Below, one piece after another: positions 41,380 through 50,860 of a DNA stretch of 64,000 nt. The notes under the pieces were generated by a model. The model made no database searches. It was not told the origin of the DNA and saw only the letters and a list, made by a program, of their open reading frames with translations. The position numbers were made by a program, and so were the translations under genes. Numbering within the stretch: the stretch's first letter is position 1; every line of letters starts with the position of its first letter. Source of the DNA: Promethearchaeota archaeon (GTDB lineage: Archaea > Asgardarchaeota > Lokiarchaeia > Sigyniarchaeales > SOKP01); assembly GCA_016840165.1 (NCBI GenBank), contig JAEOSU010000070.1, positions 64,001-128,000 of the forward strand, read 5' to 3'.

Positions 41380-43197
41380 TCACACCCCCATTAATCGTTG
41401 TTCAACTTGTTTTAAAAGAACAATAGGTCCCAAATTACTATATCGCCGAAAATAGTTATCTTTAATGTCATAATCTCTCAATGAACCGTCTTTATTCAAT
41501 TCCATAATACGTTTAGTATATTTTAACAGCATATGATAATCATGAGATGAGATAATAATTGTTTTTCCCCGTTTATTTTCGATAAATAGTGTTTCAATCA
41601 ATGCACCAATAGTTCTTTGGTCTTGACCGATGAATGGTTCATCTAAGAGAATAATCTCGGGATTATATACAAAGATAGAACTCAAATTTAACCTACGTTT
41701 CTGTCCCCAGCTTAATTTATAAGGATTCTTTTCCATATCTTCATTTCCAATAAGCTCAATGAGTTTATTTAGATAGTTATCCTCAATTTCATTGAGAATG
41801 CTGAAATTTTTTGGTCCATAGAGAATCTCATCTTTTATTGTTGGGTTAAATATCATCGTTTCAGGGTTTTGAAAAATAAATCCAATCTTCCGAGCATATT
41901 CATAAGAATTGAGCTTCTCGATATTTTGATTTTTATAAAAGATCTCACCAGAGGTAGGACTATAGAGATTAGCTAAAAGATAAAGTAAGGTTGTTTTACC
42001 CGATCCATTTGGACCAACTAAACCAATGAAATCACCTTTTTGAATCTGAATGGAAAGATTATTAATGGCGATGATCCCACTATTAGGATATTTGAAGGTT
42101 AGGTCGCGTGTTTCTAAGATGATATCATCGATATCATTTTGAGAATCAACTTCTTGAACCAGAGCATATTTTTTCTTATCTTGCTTATAAGATTCGATGT
42201 ATAGATTTTCAAATTCTATTCTTTCTTGATATGATTCATACTTTTCGAAAGATTTAGGATGTATCTCATTATCTATTATGACTTTTCTTAACTTTTCTAA
42301 TTGCTCTTGAGTTAACTGGGGTATCAAATTAAATAAGTTGTTAAAATTCATTTCTTTAGGGAAAGAACTGTTATGGTTGGTTGTCTGATTGAATTGATTG
42401 TAAATGTTCAAAATCCAAGGTACGCGGAGATTACAATCTTTTAATTCATTAAATTTGTAAGTAAATAATTCTTTTGTACCCCCATTAAGAGCAATTTCTC
42501 CTTTTTCATTGAGAACTAATATTTTATCGGCTATATCCATAACTCTTGATAATCGATGTTCGACGATAATAATTGTTATCGGATACTCACTGGAATCTTT
42601 CAACTTCTTCAAACGGGATAATAATAAACTTTCAGAATTACGATCGAGAAACGCAATAGGTTCATCTAATATAAGAATCTTCGGTTTTAATGCTAAAAAT
42701 GAAGATAAAATTACCAGTTGTTTTTGTCCTCCACTCAATTGATCTGTATCCCGATTGAGAAGATGATGAATTCCCATCAATTTGGAAATACCCTCAATTC
42801 TATTTTCAATTTCTTCTATAGAATATTCTAAATTTTCTAGACCGAAAGCAATTTCATCTTTTACTTTAAACGTTGTTAATTGATCTAGAGGATTTTGCTT
42901 CACTACTCCAATTAACCTCGACAAGTCAATGAAGTCATAGTCCCAAACACTTTTCCCGAAAAGTAAAACCTCTCCCTTCATTAATCCCTTAATACGGAAA
43001 GGGATAATTCCACTCATCGCATAAGTAAGAGTTGATTTACCACTTCCACTTGGACCGGCTAAAACTAATGTTTCCCCTTCTATTAGACTAAAAGAGATTT
43101 TTTTTACAACCGGTCTTTCTGTACTATTCCTACCGTATATAAATGAAAAATCATTAAAGCTAAGAGCGATATTAGAGTGCGAATTGATCCCAATCAC
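41380..43197 (-). CDS. Fused dual ABC ATPase of an ECF transporter (EcfA-A')
   Basis: GPSGSGKS/QNP/LSGGQ/LDEP and GPNGSGKT/FQNP/LSWGQ/LDEP. Confidence 0.92.
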   Translation of the reverse strand: MIGINSHSNIALSFNDFSFIYGRNSTERPVVKKISFSLIEGETLVLAGPSGSGKSTLTYAMSGIIPFRIKGLMKGEVLLFGKSVWDYDFIDLSRLIGVVKQNPLDQLTTFKVKDEIAFGLENLEYSIEEIENRIEGISKLMGIHHLLNRDTDQLSGGQKQLVILSSFLALKPKILILDEPIAFLDRNSESLLLSRLKKLKDSSEYPITIIIVEHRLSRVMDIADKILVLNEKGEIALNGGTKELFTYKFNELKDCNLRVPWILNIYNQFNQTTNHNSSFPKEMNFNNLFNLIPQLTQEQLEKLRKVIIDNEIHPKSFEKYESYQERIEFENLYIESYKQDKKKYALVQEVDSQNDIDDIILETRDLTFKYPNSGIIAINNLSIQIQKGDFIGLVGPNGSGKTTLLYLLANLYSPTSGEIFYKNQNIEKLNSYEYARKIGFIFQNPETMIFNPTIKDEILYGPKNFSILNEIEDNYLNKLIELIGNEDMEKNPYKLSWGQKRRLNLSSIFVYNPEIILLDEPFIGQDQRTIGALIETLFIENKRGKTIIISSHDYHMLLKYTKRIMELNKDGSLRDYDIKDNYFRRYSNLGPIVLLKQVEQRLMGV

Positions 43198-43204
43198 TTC
43201 CCTT

Positions 43205-43831
43205 TCAAAATGTTGTCGGAACCCCGGCTTTAATTAGATAATTCTTGATCGCTCTTCCCAAAATTCCTGTTATAAATACACCGGAGATAAATGCAAAAAT
43301 GAAAGCTAATGCCCAAAGACTCCAATGAAGATAAAATCTTTGATTGATAATCCAAAAGAAAGGTGCTTGAAAGAAATTTCCTAAACCACCCGCAAGACCC
43401 CAACCTAACTTGGTCTCCCCTTCACCTAGATTTTCCATTATAATAAAACCTATTACAAGGAAAAAAGCTTCCATTAGATTGACGAATAGTATCAATAGAC
43501 CCCAAGGATCTCCAAGTAAGAATTCAATTAATCCTTTTGAGAACATCGTTAAGAAAATATTATATTTTTTTTTGCTGATTCCATAGACAATAGTAGCCCA
43601 GATTACATGATGACCACTCACAAGTTGAGTCCCTCCAGTAAATGGATACCAAACTTTAATCAAAAGGCTAAATGGTATTAAACTTGAGATGATTCCACCT
43701 AATATGCCAATAATAAAGGCATAAGAAAGATCGAGATTAGTTATTTTTTTCTTTTCGATAAATCCTGTTTCTTTATAAGAATTTGAAATTTCTCCAGATC
43801 CTGAATCTGAAATCGGTTCTCGTTTAACCAT
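43205..43831 (-). CDS. ECF S component (YkoE-like substrate-binding membrane protein)
   Basis: About 6 TM; E.LLG.PWG, E..F, SG..ITG.LG..I...L.KAGV; directly upstream of the ECF ATPase. Confidence 0.75.
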   Translation of the reverse strand: MVKREPISDSGSGEISNSYKETGFIEKKKITNLDLSYAFIIGILGGIISSLIPFSLLIKVWYPFTGGTQLVSGHHVIWATIVYGISKKKYNIFLTMFSKGLIEFLLGDPWGLLILFVNLMEAFFLVIGFIIMENLGEGETKLGWGLAGGLGNFFQAPFFWIINQRFYLHWSLWALAFIFAFISGVFITGILGRAIKNYLIKAGVPTTF

Positions 43832-43859
43832 CTTTTTATCTTCCAGATTTGATCACCTC

Positions 43860-44417
43860 CTAAAAATACATTTTAATGATTATTTCGCTGAGCATTTGGA
43901 CAGAATATTGAGAACTATATTGACCCTCAGGCATAGTTGTTTGATCAAGTACAGATCTTAATGGACCATCTCCGAATAACGGAGCTCCATTTTCCTCATA
44001 AGCTATAATTACCAGATTTGGATTATTTTGTGCTATAGATAAATTTAATGGGAATGGAGAATGGTACTGATCCCGAGCCCAAAATTGGAATGTAAGTAAA
44101 GACGGATCAACATCGATTAAGGCTTCTTCAATTATGATGCTCCATAATGATACCCCTGAATAAATAACGTCATCCTCAGTATCAAAACTATTTAAAATAT
44201 GAAAAGTTTTATCTATATATTGATCATATTTATTAGATTTGAGCTGAGTTGTTGTCAGGGTGATTTGTCTGTTTACACCGTCACCTTGGATGGTGATAGT
44301 ATTTGGATCTTGAAATAAGTCGACATCTAATTCAATTATTGCAAATATAAATAACCAGACAATTACCATCCCAACAGCAATTGATGCAATTGCTATATAA
44401 AAATTTCTAGCTTCCAT
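43860..44417 (-). CDS. Membrane-anchored molybdopterin-oxidoreductase-fold (Oxidored_molyb-like) protein without any Cys
   Basis: N-terminal TM; YSGVSL, ARDQY, IIAYEENGAPL..DGPLR, VQMLSEI. Confidence 0.65.
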   Translation of the reverse strand: MEARNFYIAIASIAVGMVIVWLFIFAIIELDVDLFQDPNTITIQGDGVNRQITLTTTQLKSNKYDQYIDKTFHILNSFDTEDDVIYSGVSLWSIIIEEALIDVDPSLLTFQFWARDQYHSPFPLNLSIAQNNPNLVIIAYEENGAPLFGDGPLRSVLDQTTMPEGQYSSQYSVQMLSEIIIKMYF

Positions 44418-44420
44418 TTT

Positions 44421-45287
44421 TCATGTTCTACTATGATTTTTATTCTTAACTATAATTATATAGAAAACACACGTTAAGATTGAGATCGATAAAATAAAGA
44501 ATTCAAGATTAAAACCTGGAATAATTAGCTCAGGTTCCCTCAAATCTAATGCATAGGTCCATGATATAGCATGTTCTTCGTCATGATCATTATTTAAAAC
44601 GGCAATATTGAATTTATAGAGTTTCTTTTCATTAAATTGAACATCATAGATTTCATTGGTGTTTAATCTTCTTCTCATCTCTAGGATATAGGAACTACTA
44701 TCGTTAGTGAAAGCCACATCGATACTTTTTGCTTCAGGATTTCCTTGAATCCATCCATTCTCATTGAAACAGTCGTCACCACATAAATGTTCTTCCCCAG
44801 GAGATACTGTGTCTTGATAGATCCATCTCCAAGCATCCACACTACCGTTTCCCATACCAAATGTGTCCATATCTAAGGTATAATATGCTGTGAAATTTAC
44901 AGTATTTATATCCCAACAAAATGCAATTCCATCTTGTTCTGGAGGATTGTCATCTCTCGGAGAGCTATCCTCCCATTGGCATAAAATTAGAAGATAATCA
45001 TTATTTATCACAAACGAGATATTTAAACTATAAAGTTCTGGGATTACCCCTTCTGCTTCGATTTCAGCCAACATAATTTCCGTTGGATTTGTCCAAAAAT
45101 TTTCAGAAGGAAGCCCATCTAGAACAATTTCTGCTTCAGAATTAAAAGGCACATCGATAAAAGTTATTCCATGATATGCTGAACAATCGCCATCGCCAGG
45201 ATAGGCTGCCGTACTGACAATGTAAAAAAAAGGAGTGAATACAATTAAAATTATAGTCAATATCTTTATATTATTTAGGTTTTTCAC
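44421..45287 (-). CDS. Secreted DOMON/ethylbenzene-dehydrogenase-gamma-like (heme b) domain protein with Loki-CTERM tail
   Basis: I.LDG...E.FW, QWED, QDG.A..W, M..VD.W.W, LEMRRRL, HAIS; IPGF + TM + basic tail. Confidence 0.6.
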   Translation of the reverse strand: MKNLNNIKILTIILIVFTPFFYIVSTAAYPGDGDCSAYHGITFIDVPFNSEAEIVLDGLPSENFWTNPTEIMLAEIEAEGVIPELYSLNISFVINNDYLLILCQWEDSSPRDDNPPEQDGIAFCWDINTVNFTAYYTLDMDTFGMGNGSVDAWRWIYQDTVSPGEEHLCGDDCFNENGWIQGNPEAKSIDVAFTNDSSSYILEMRRRLNTNEIYDVQFNEKKLYKFNIAVLNNDHDEEHAISWTYALDLREPELIIPGFNLEFFILSISILTCVFYIIIVKNKNHSRT

Positions 45288-45404
45288 TTTAATCCTACTC
45301 CTTTAAAATATTGTTAAGATTTTAAGATTTGTTATGGTATATAAGCGTAAAAAATGGTAATTAAAATTTTTAAAAATTTTTTGTATAGTTTTGCTCGAAT
45401 TATT

Positions 45405-46844
45405 TTACGTTACAATAATATATTCTTCCTTGGTTATAATCGCTTCAGATCCATCATCATCGGTGACTGTGAGAGATATTGTATAATTTCCTGCCGAAGA
45501 GAATTGATAAATCGGATTTTGGAGTGTAGAATTCACTAGTATTGTGTTAAAAGTCCATAAATAACTAGCGGGTGGATTGTAAACGGTTCCAGTAAACGTA
45601 AATTCAACGGAATCACCTACGTTTATTTCAGTCTCATTAGCAGTAAAATCAACAACAGGTATAGTGTCAATTTCTATTTTATTTATCATTTTAATTTGAT
45701 AGCTACGCACACGTCCTGGAATTATCAATACATAGGGCCCATGACCAAAACCACAAGTCTTTTTATCAGGCCACGCAGGATTTGTAGCTGAAGAAGTTCC
45801 ATCAGATTCTCCTAAAATTTTAACCTCATAGGCTAAAATAATTGGCAAATCATCATATACATCTGGTAATGGCACACCATCATCCTCAGGGTCAGTTTTA
45901 TTTACATAGTCCCAGTAATACGAATCATATTCTAATCCATTATAGACTTCATCTTCAGTTAGACCACGTTTTTTAGATGAACCATGTGGTGCTGCCCAAC
46001 CATCTGCTGCTCTCGCTTTAACTTCGAAATTTATACTATCATCTAGACCAACCCAATCACAAAGCATTGAGAGATTTACTCCATTATAGTATCGATTCAT
46101 ACCCCAATCATCAGTTCTTTCATATTTATAAGTATATGAGTAATTGTAGGATAAATCGGTTATGTTAGATGGGTCCAATGAGAGTTTTAGCTCGTCATCT
46201 AAGTATACATCTAACATCCAATCACTCAACACATTAATTTCTTCCAAGTTATAAATCCGTGCATCCATAGCTTCACCTATAAGTGCAAACGTTCCATACT
46301 TACTACCTAAGGGCGAATCTTGAAGCCACTGCTGATTTGCTGCAATAGCAATCATTATATTCTCTTCAGCATCTTCCAACTTTTCCAAAAGTTGACTCGC
46401 ACTAGTTCTAAATACATTTCTTTGTCCAAAATCATCTTCAACTGATGCAAACTCAATATCTCCTGGAAAATAGGTATAGTATTTATCAAAAAGATCAGTT
46501 ATACTAAAACCAGTAATATGAATGTCGGTTTCAGGGTCAATGATTGTCATTAGCCCTATACCAGTATCATAAGCGCTTGCTTGAGCGTTTTGATATACTT
46601 CTATTCCTTTCAAAATATCTTCAAAGTAGATGTGGACATTACTGTGCGTTTGATTATTTAGTATTAAATAGGTAGAGTTTGGTGCGGTACTCCAATCATC
46701 AGGCAGTCCAGAGAGATAAGTGGGAGGAGTTGTAGTAGTTTTAGGTTCCCAAGTTGCTACCACAAATCCTAGCCCACCAGCTAAACCTGTTGCGATAATT
46801 ATTAATATACCAATTACTAAATCTTTAGTTTTCATGTTTATCAA
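45405..46844 (-). CDS. Membrane-anchored surface protein: two Oxidored_molyb-like repeats plus C-terminal PKD domain
   Basis: N-terminal TM, Thr/Pro linker; NGVNL..AADGW..IILAYE..GPYVLIIPG..IKMI..IEI; PKD V.F....YLWTF...QNP.Y....GNYTISLTVT. Confidence 0.65.
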   Translation of the reverse strand: MINMKTKDLVIGILIIIATGLAGGLGFVVATWEPKTTTTPPTYLSGLPDDWSTAPNSTYLILNNQTHSNVHIYFEDILKGIEVYQNAQASAYDTGIGLMTIIDPETDIHITGFSITDLFDKYYTYFPGDIEFASVEDDFGQRNVFRTSASQLLEKLEDAEENIMIAIAANQQWLQDSPLGSKYGTFALIGEAMDARIYNLEEINVLSDWMLDVYLDDELKLSLDPSNITDLSYNYSYTYKYERTDDWGMNRYYNGVNLSMLCDWVGLDDSINFEVKARAADGWAAPHGSSKKRGLTEDEVYNGLEYDSYYWDYVNKTDPEDDGVPLPDVYDDLPIILAYEVKILGESDGTSSATNPAWPDKKTCGFGHGPYVLIIPGRVRSYQIKMINKIEIDTIPVVDFTANETEINVGDSVEFTFTGTVYNPPASYLWTFNTILVNSTLQNPIYQFSSAGNYTISLTVTDDDGSEAIITKEEYIIVT

Positions 46845-47044
46845 TAATTTTTAAGTAAAATTAATGAGAGATAATCTGAGATGCCTTTTAAATGTTATGT
46901 ATGGAGGGAAATAACGCTATGATTTCTAGATTTTTATTCGAATTAAAAAATTGGATTAAGGCTTAGACCATAACTATGAAATTATAAAATGAATGGACTA
47001 AAATAATCCAAAAATTACAAAAGAAAAAGGTAATAATAAAATAG

Positions 47045-47782
47045 TTATGGTAAAGTTACGATGTTAGTTTCTTCATCTAGTTTAATTATCCCTTTCACTG
47101 CTAGTTGCTTGATCGTTCTCACTGCCATAATTGGAGGCACATCTAACAGCTTTTTAAGTTCTTCAAGGTCGCACGAACCTTGGCTCATAATAGTGGCTAA
47201 AATATCAACTTCCGGAATTTCCACTTCTGAATTTTCAATTAGAAATGAGGTGAAAAAATTATTTCTTTTTAATACATACAATTTCTGGTTTAACTCTTCC
47301 ATTTTTTCTTCCGTATATAAAGCTTTTAATTGGTTTTCTCGGTTTTCATTGGAAATCTTTTTCTGTTCCAAATCATTATTTTCATTCTCTAAATTTGTAA
47401 TCTTTTGATTAAGTGTGTTCAATTTCGAAAGGGTCTCTTCTAATTCCATCGATGGGGCAGTGAGATCATTGCTTAATCGTTCAATATTACTCTTAAGCTC
47501 TGTATTTTTACTTATCAATTCTTCATTAACGGTCTTCAAATTATTTACCTTTTTCATGAGATCTTCAACCGTGATTTTTAATTTGGTAATTTCTGAATTC
47601 TGATTGTTGATTGTTTCTTCGTGCTTTTTTACCTCATCATGCTCTAATATAATCATTTTCCACGTATTCTTAAGATTTTGTAGTACTGATTCACTATTTT
47701 TATGAAAAGCTTGGATATACTCATCAAAATTTTTTTCTAGCTGCTCAATATCAGTAAGAATGCTTTTAATTTCCGTACTCAT
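47045..47782 (-). CDS. Coiled-coil protein with C-terminal winged-helix domain
   Basis: About 170 aa of heptads, then LEELKKLLDVPPIMAVRTIKQLAVKGIIKLD; TAATG overlap with upstream gene. Confidence 0.7.
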   Translation of the reverse strand: MSTEIKSILTDIEQLEKNFDEYIQAFHKNSESVLQNLKNTWKMIILEHDEVKKHEETINNQNSEITKLKITVEDLMKKVNNLKTVNEELISKNTELKSNIERLSNDLTAPSMELEETLSKLNTLNQKITNLENENNDLEQKKISNENRENQLKALYTEEKMEELNQKLYVLKRNNFFTSFLIENSEVEIPEVDILATIMSQGSCDLEELKKLLDVPPIMAVRTIKQLAVKGIIKLDEETNIVTLP

Positions 47783-48537
47783 TAAAAATCCACCTCCTCT
47801 TTAAGAAGTATCGTTCCTTCTTCTTGATTTAATTCAATAGGGGCATTCTCTTCAATCATCTTCTTAATGATTCGAATCGCTTGATCTTCACGCATATCAA
47901 TGGCAAGTAAAATATTTTTTAAATCTAAGGTACTTCCTGGCTGTAAAGCGCGTAAAAATTGATATAAAGCGGAATTAATATATTTCTTATCAATAAGTAT
48001 TTTCATTGCTGCCACTCTATTTTCGTAGGTTTTTACATATCTTTCCTTCTTATAAAATGTATTTTCAAGCTCTTTTTCTAACTCTCTCAGCTTCTTTTCA
48101 AAAATTTCGATTTCTCGAGAGATCTCAATATTTCTCTCATTTAACTTTTTTAATCTAACAGTCCGTGATTCAAATTCCTCTTTCTTGATTCGAATGCTTG
48201 CTTGTGTATCCTCAATTTTCTTTTGTTTCTCTTGGATAGTATCGAGTAACCTCTGCTTTTTTACCTGCAATTCACGATTATGTTCATCAAATTTTTGTAT
48301 ATCACGTTGGCATTGAGAGATATTTGTTTTTAATAAATTAATCTCTTCATTGTTAGCATCAATTTTATTTAGTAATGACGTCTTTTCTGTTTCAAACTTC
48401 TCAATACTGCCAAGAATCTTCTCTGGTTGCGCCCTTAACTTAGGTATATAATCACTGGTTAATCCACTTATGTCTACAATTAATGAGACCATCTTTTTTA
48501 ATGACGCTTTAGCATCCAATAAAGGTACTTCACTCAC
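47782..48537 (-). CDS. Coiled-coil protein with C-terminal winged-helix-like domain
   Basis: Heptads, then LKNILLAIDMREDQAIRIIKKMIEENAPIELNQEEGTILL. Confidence 0.7.
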   Translation of the reverse strand: MSEVPLLDAKASLKKMVSLIVDISGLTSDYIPKLRAQPEKILGSIEKFETEKTSLLNKIDANNEEINLLKTNISQCQRDIQKFDEHNRELQVKKQRLLDTIQEKQKKIEDTQASIRIKKEEFESRTVRLKKLNERNIEISREIEIFEKKLRELEKELENTFYKKERYVKTYENRVAAMKILIDKKYINSALYQFLRALQPGSTLDLKNILLAIDMREDQAIRIIKKMIEENAPIELNQEEGTILLKEEVDF

Positions 48538-48656
48538 ATTAACTCTCCTAATAAGTGTAAATTGAATATTTATTTACTATCATATGATCTTATGATTATT
48601 AAATTTGCATTTTTCAAAAGGTAAAGAGAAGTGAATAAAATTTATGAGTCTTGCGT

Positions 48657-49493
48657 TTAAACCTCTTTTGAGATATCCCTAATAAAATCTCTTTTATCAA
48701 GACTGAGATTGATCTTTCTCCGTCTCATTACGATATTTAGATTATCAATTAATTTTTCCGCGAAATATGAAAAGTTAAACTTAAAACTTGGATTTTTATT
48801 ATAATAGCTTTTTAAAAATAGATTAATGAGTTCAATTTTATTTCTTGGATCATTTAATTCAAATATTCCTGGATTTGTATCAAGTAATGAACAGCAGATC
48901 CATGATATATCAATAAGATGATTGCCTTCTAATGCATCCTCAAAATCCATTCCGTAAACAATTCCCGTTTGAGGATTAAAAATAAAATCTCTTAATCTTG
49001 CGTCGCCTTTATTTAATACTATCATTTCAGAATCGTTTTCTCGTGATATTATGTTGTTAGTATGTAGCTTCGATACCCATCTTGCTAAACTTTTTATACA
49101 CAAAAGTATTTCTTGTCTTGTAATTTCCTCTAAATCATTAAAGTCTTCAACACCAATTAACTTATCGTTTATATAATCACAAGCATTAATACCATCCACC
49201 TTTTCAAGAATTAAATAAGGTTTTTTGTAAAAAAGTATTTCTGGGACTAATAGATTTTGTTTTTTTAGCTTTGTTAAGATTTCAACTTCTTTATCTGCAT
49301 TTTCCGTTCGAAAAATCTTTAATATGCATAAACGTGGTAAACTCTCGGTTTCTTTGTTAAAGGTTAACAATAAAACAGAATTTTGTTTACTAGGGAGCTT
49401 TTGTAATAAGAAATGATTAAATTTATCAACAAGTTCAGGTAGTTCTTGTTTAAGTCCACTGATGATTTCCTTTCTTAGCTCTAACAATTCCAT
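48657..49493 (-). CDS. Protein-kinase-like (APH/RIO-type) phosphotransferase
   Basis: ILKIF, E..IL..L, VPEIL, LILEKVDG, KGDARLRDF catalytic loop, MDFED. Confidence 0.7.
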   Translation of the reverse strand: MELLELRKEIISGLKQELPELVDKFNHFLLQKLPSKQNSVLLLTFNKETESLPRLCILKIFRTENADKEVEILTKLKKQNLLVPEILFYKKPYLILEKVDGINACDYINDKLIGVEDFNDLEEITRQEILLCIKSLARWVSKLHTNNIISRENDSEMIVLNKGDARLRDFIFNPQTGIVYGMDFEDALEGNHLIDISWICCSLLDTNPGIFELNDPRNKIELINLFLKSYYNKNPSFKFNFSYFAEKLIDNLNIVMRRRKINLSLDKRDFIRDISKEV

Positions 49494-49659
49494 TTTTTTA
49501 GTTTAATACAATTAGATTATATATTCAAGATAAGTATCTTAATTCTTATATTTAACTCCAACTATTGCTTGTAGCTAAGATCGAATATGTTCGGCTTAAA
49601 GATTATATGATTTATGATTTATTATAATAATAGATAAAACGGTTCAAATAATTTTAATC

Positions 49660-50544
49660 ATGATGAATTCTAAGAAATATTCACTTGGGATATTCTATGG
49701 CACTGATCAAGATACCATCATGCTTGCTCAAAAATTTGTGGGGAATCTTATCAATGACGATGAATTTTGTAAAGCGTGTGAATTATTAGAACAAAATGTC
49801 AAATGTGATAAGTGCCGAGAGAATTTAAAGAATTTTTCTGGAGATATTTATTTTTATGAACAAATTGGAAAGAATGCACCTGAACTTATTGAAAATCCCG
49901 AACAATTTTTACCCAAAATGATTCCTGAGGTAGATTTTTTATTAGTTATCGGAATTCATCAGGATTTGCTTGCGGAATTACCATATTATTTGAGAGAAAA
50001 AGAAATTAAAGCTGTTATAATTCCAATAGAAGACCCTAAGTGGGTTCCACCTGGACTTCAAGTTCAAGTTTTAGAAGACTTTGAGAAGTTTGGAATTCAA
50101 GCAGCATTTCCAAAACCTTTTTGCGCCTTAAGTAATAAATTAAATGAATATAATAAGGTTGGTTTTAATATTACTAAAGAGCGATCTCATATTAGAGAAT
50201 TTATTGAGTATTTTAAAATTGGAGAACCAATTGTAGCATTCTTATTGAGCAAGGATGGGAAAGCAATTGAGGATACATGTGTAATTCAAAGCGCTCCTTG
50301 TGGTTCCACCTATTTTATTGTACAGCAGTTAAAAGCTAAATATATTGAGAATGGTGAGGTAAGTTTAAATGAAAGAATTAGTAAAGCTCATCACTCCTAT
50401 CCTTGTAATGCATCTATGGACCAAGATTCAATTCTGAGAGATTCTATTCTGCACATTGGTGGGTATTTGATTAGAAATGTTATTAGATGTGAGTTAAATC
50501 TTGAAGAACAAGAAGGTCAAAAGTTAGTTTATGTTATAAAATGA
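49660..50544 (+). CDS. DUF166-family protein
   Basis: IENPE.FLP, IHQDL, FPKPFC.L, SAPCGSTY, HHSYPC.ASM, LH.GG. Confidence 0.75.
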   Translation: MMNSKKYSLGIFYGTDQDTIMLAQKFVGNLINDDEFCKACELLEQNVKCDKCRENLKNFSGDIYFYEQIGKNAPELIENPEQFLPKMIPEVDFLLVIGIHQDLLAELPYYLREKEIKAVIIPIEDPKWVPPGLQVQVLEDFEKFGIQAAFPKPFCALSNKLNEYNKVGFNITKERSHIREFIEYFKIGEPIVAFLLSKDGKAIEDTCVIQSAPCGSTYFIVQQLKAKYIENGEVSLNERISKAHHSYPCNASMDQDSILRDSILHIGGYLIRNVIRCELNLEEQEGQKLVYVIK

Positions 50545-50663
50545 GAATGAAAATGTCAGGAGCAAATATATCTGAACGTATGGGTTTGGCTCTTATAGAT
50601 GAACAAATTAAAAGATTACTCCGAAAACATATACACTTTAAAAACATTAATAATCAAGCATGA
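50541..50663 (+). CDS. Possible 40-aa ORF coupled to DUF166 gene
   Basis: ATGA start/stop overlap; MRMKMSGANISERMGLALIDEQIKRLLRKHIHFKNINNQA*. Confidence 0.3.
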   Translation: MRMKMSGANISERMGLALIDEQIKRLLRKHIHFKNINNQA

Positions 50664-50860
50664 TACGCAATGAAATGGTATAAAGCAATTTTTAATTAAT
50701 TTCTCTCTATAATCAATCTAACTTAGAATATTTATTTATTAAAAATAAAGTAAATTTAACAAAAGTTTCAATAGAGTATACCCTAAGCTATATTTTTTTA
50801 TACTCCATAAATGTTAAGTTCTAATTGAAATATATACATTCATTACATAGGTGAGAAATT

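Noticed and set aside
47045-48537. CdvB/ESCRT-III or SMC assignment for the coiled-coil proteins
   Set aside because: No recognisable Snf7 core or MIM motif, no Walker motifs or hinge, no Vps4/CdvA neighbour
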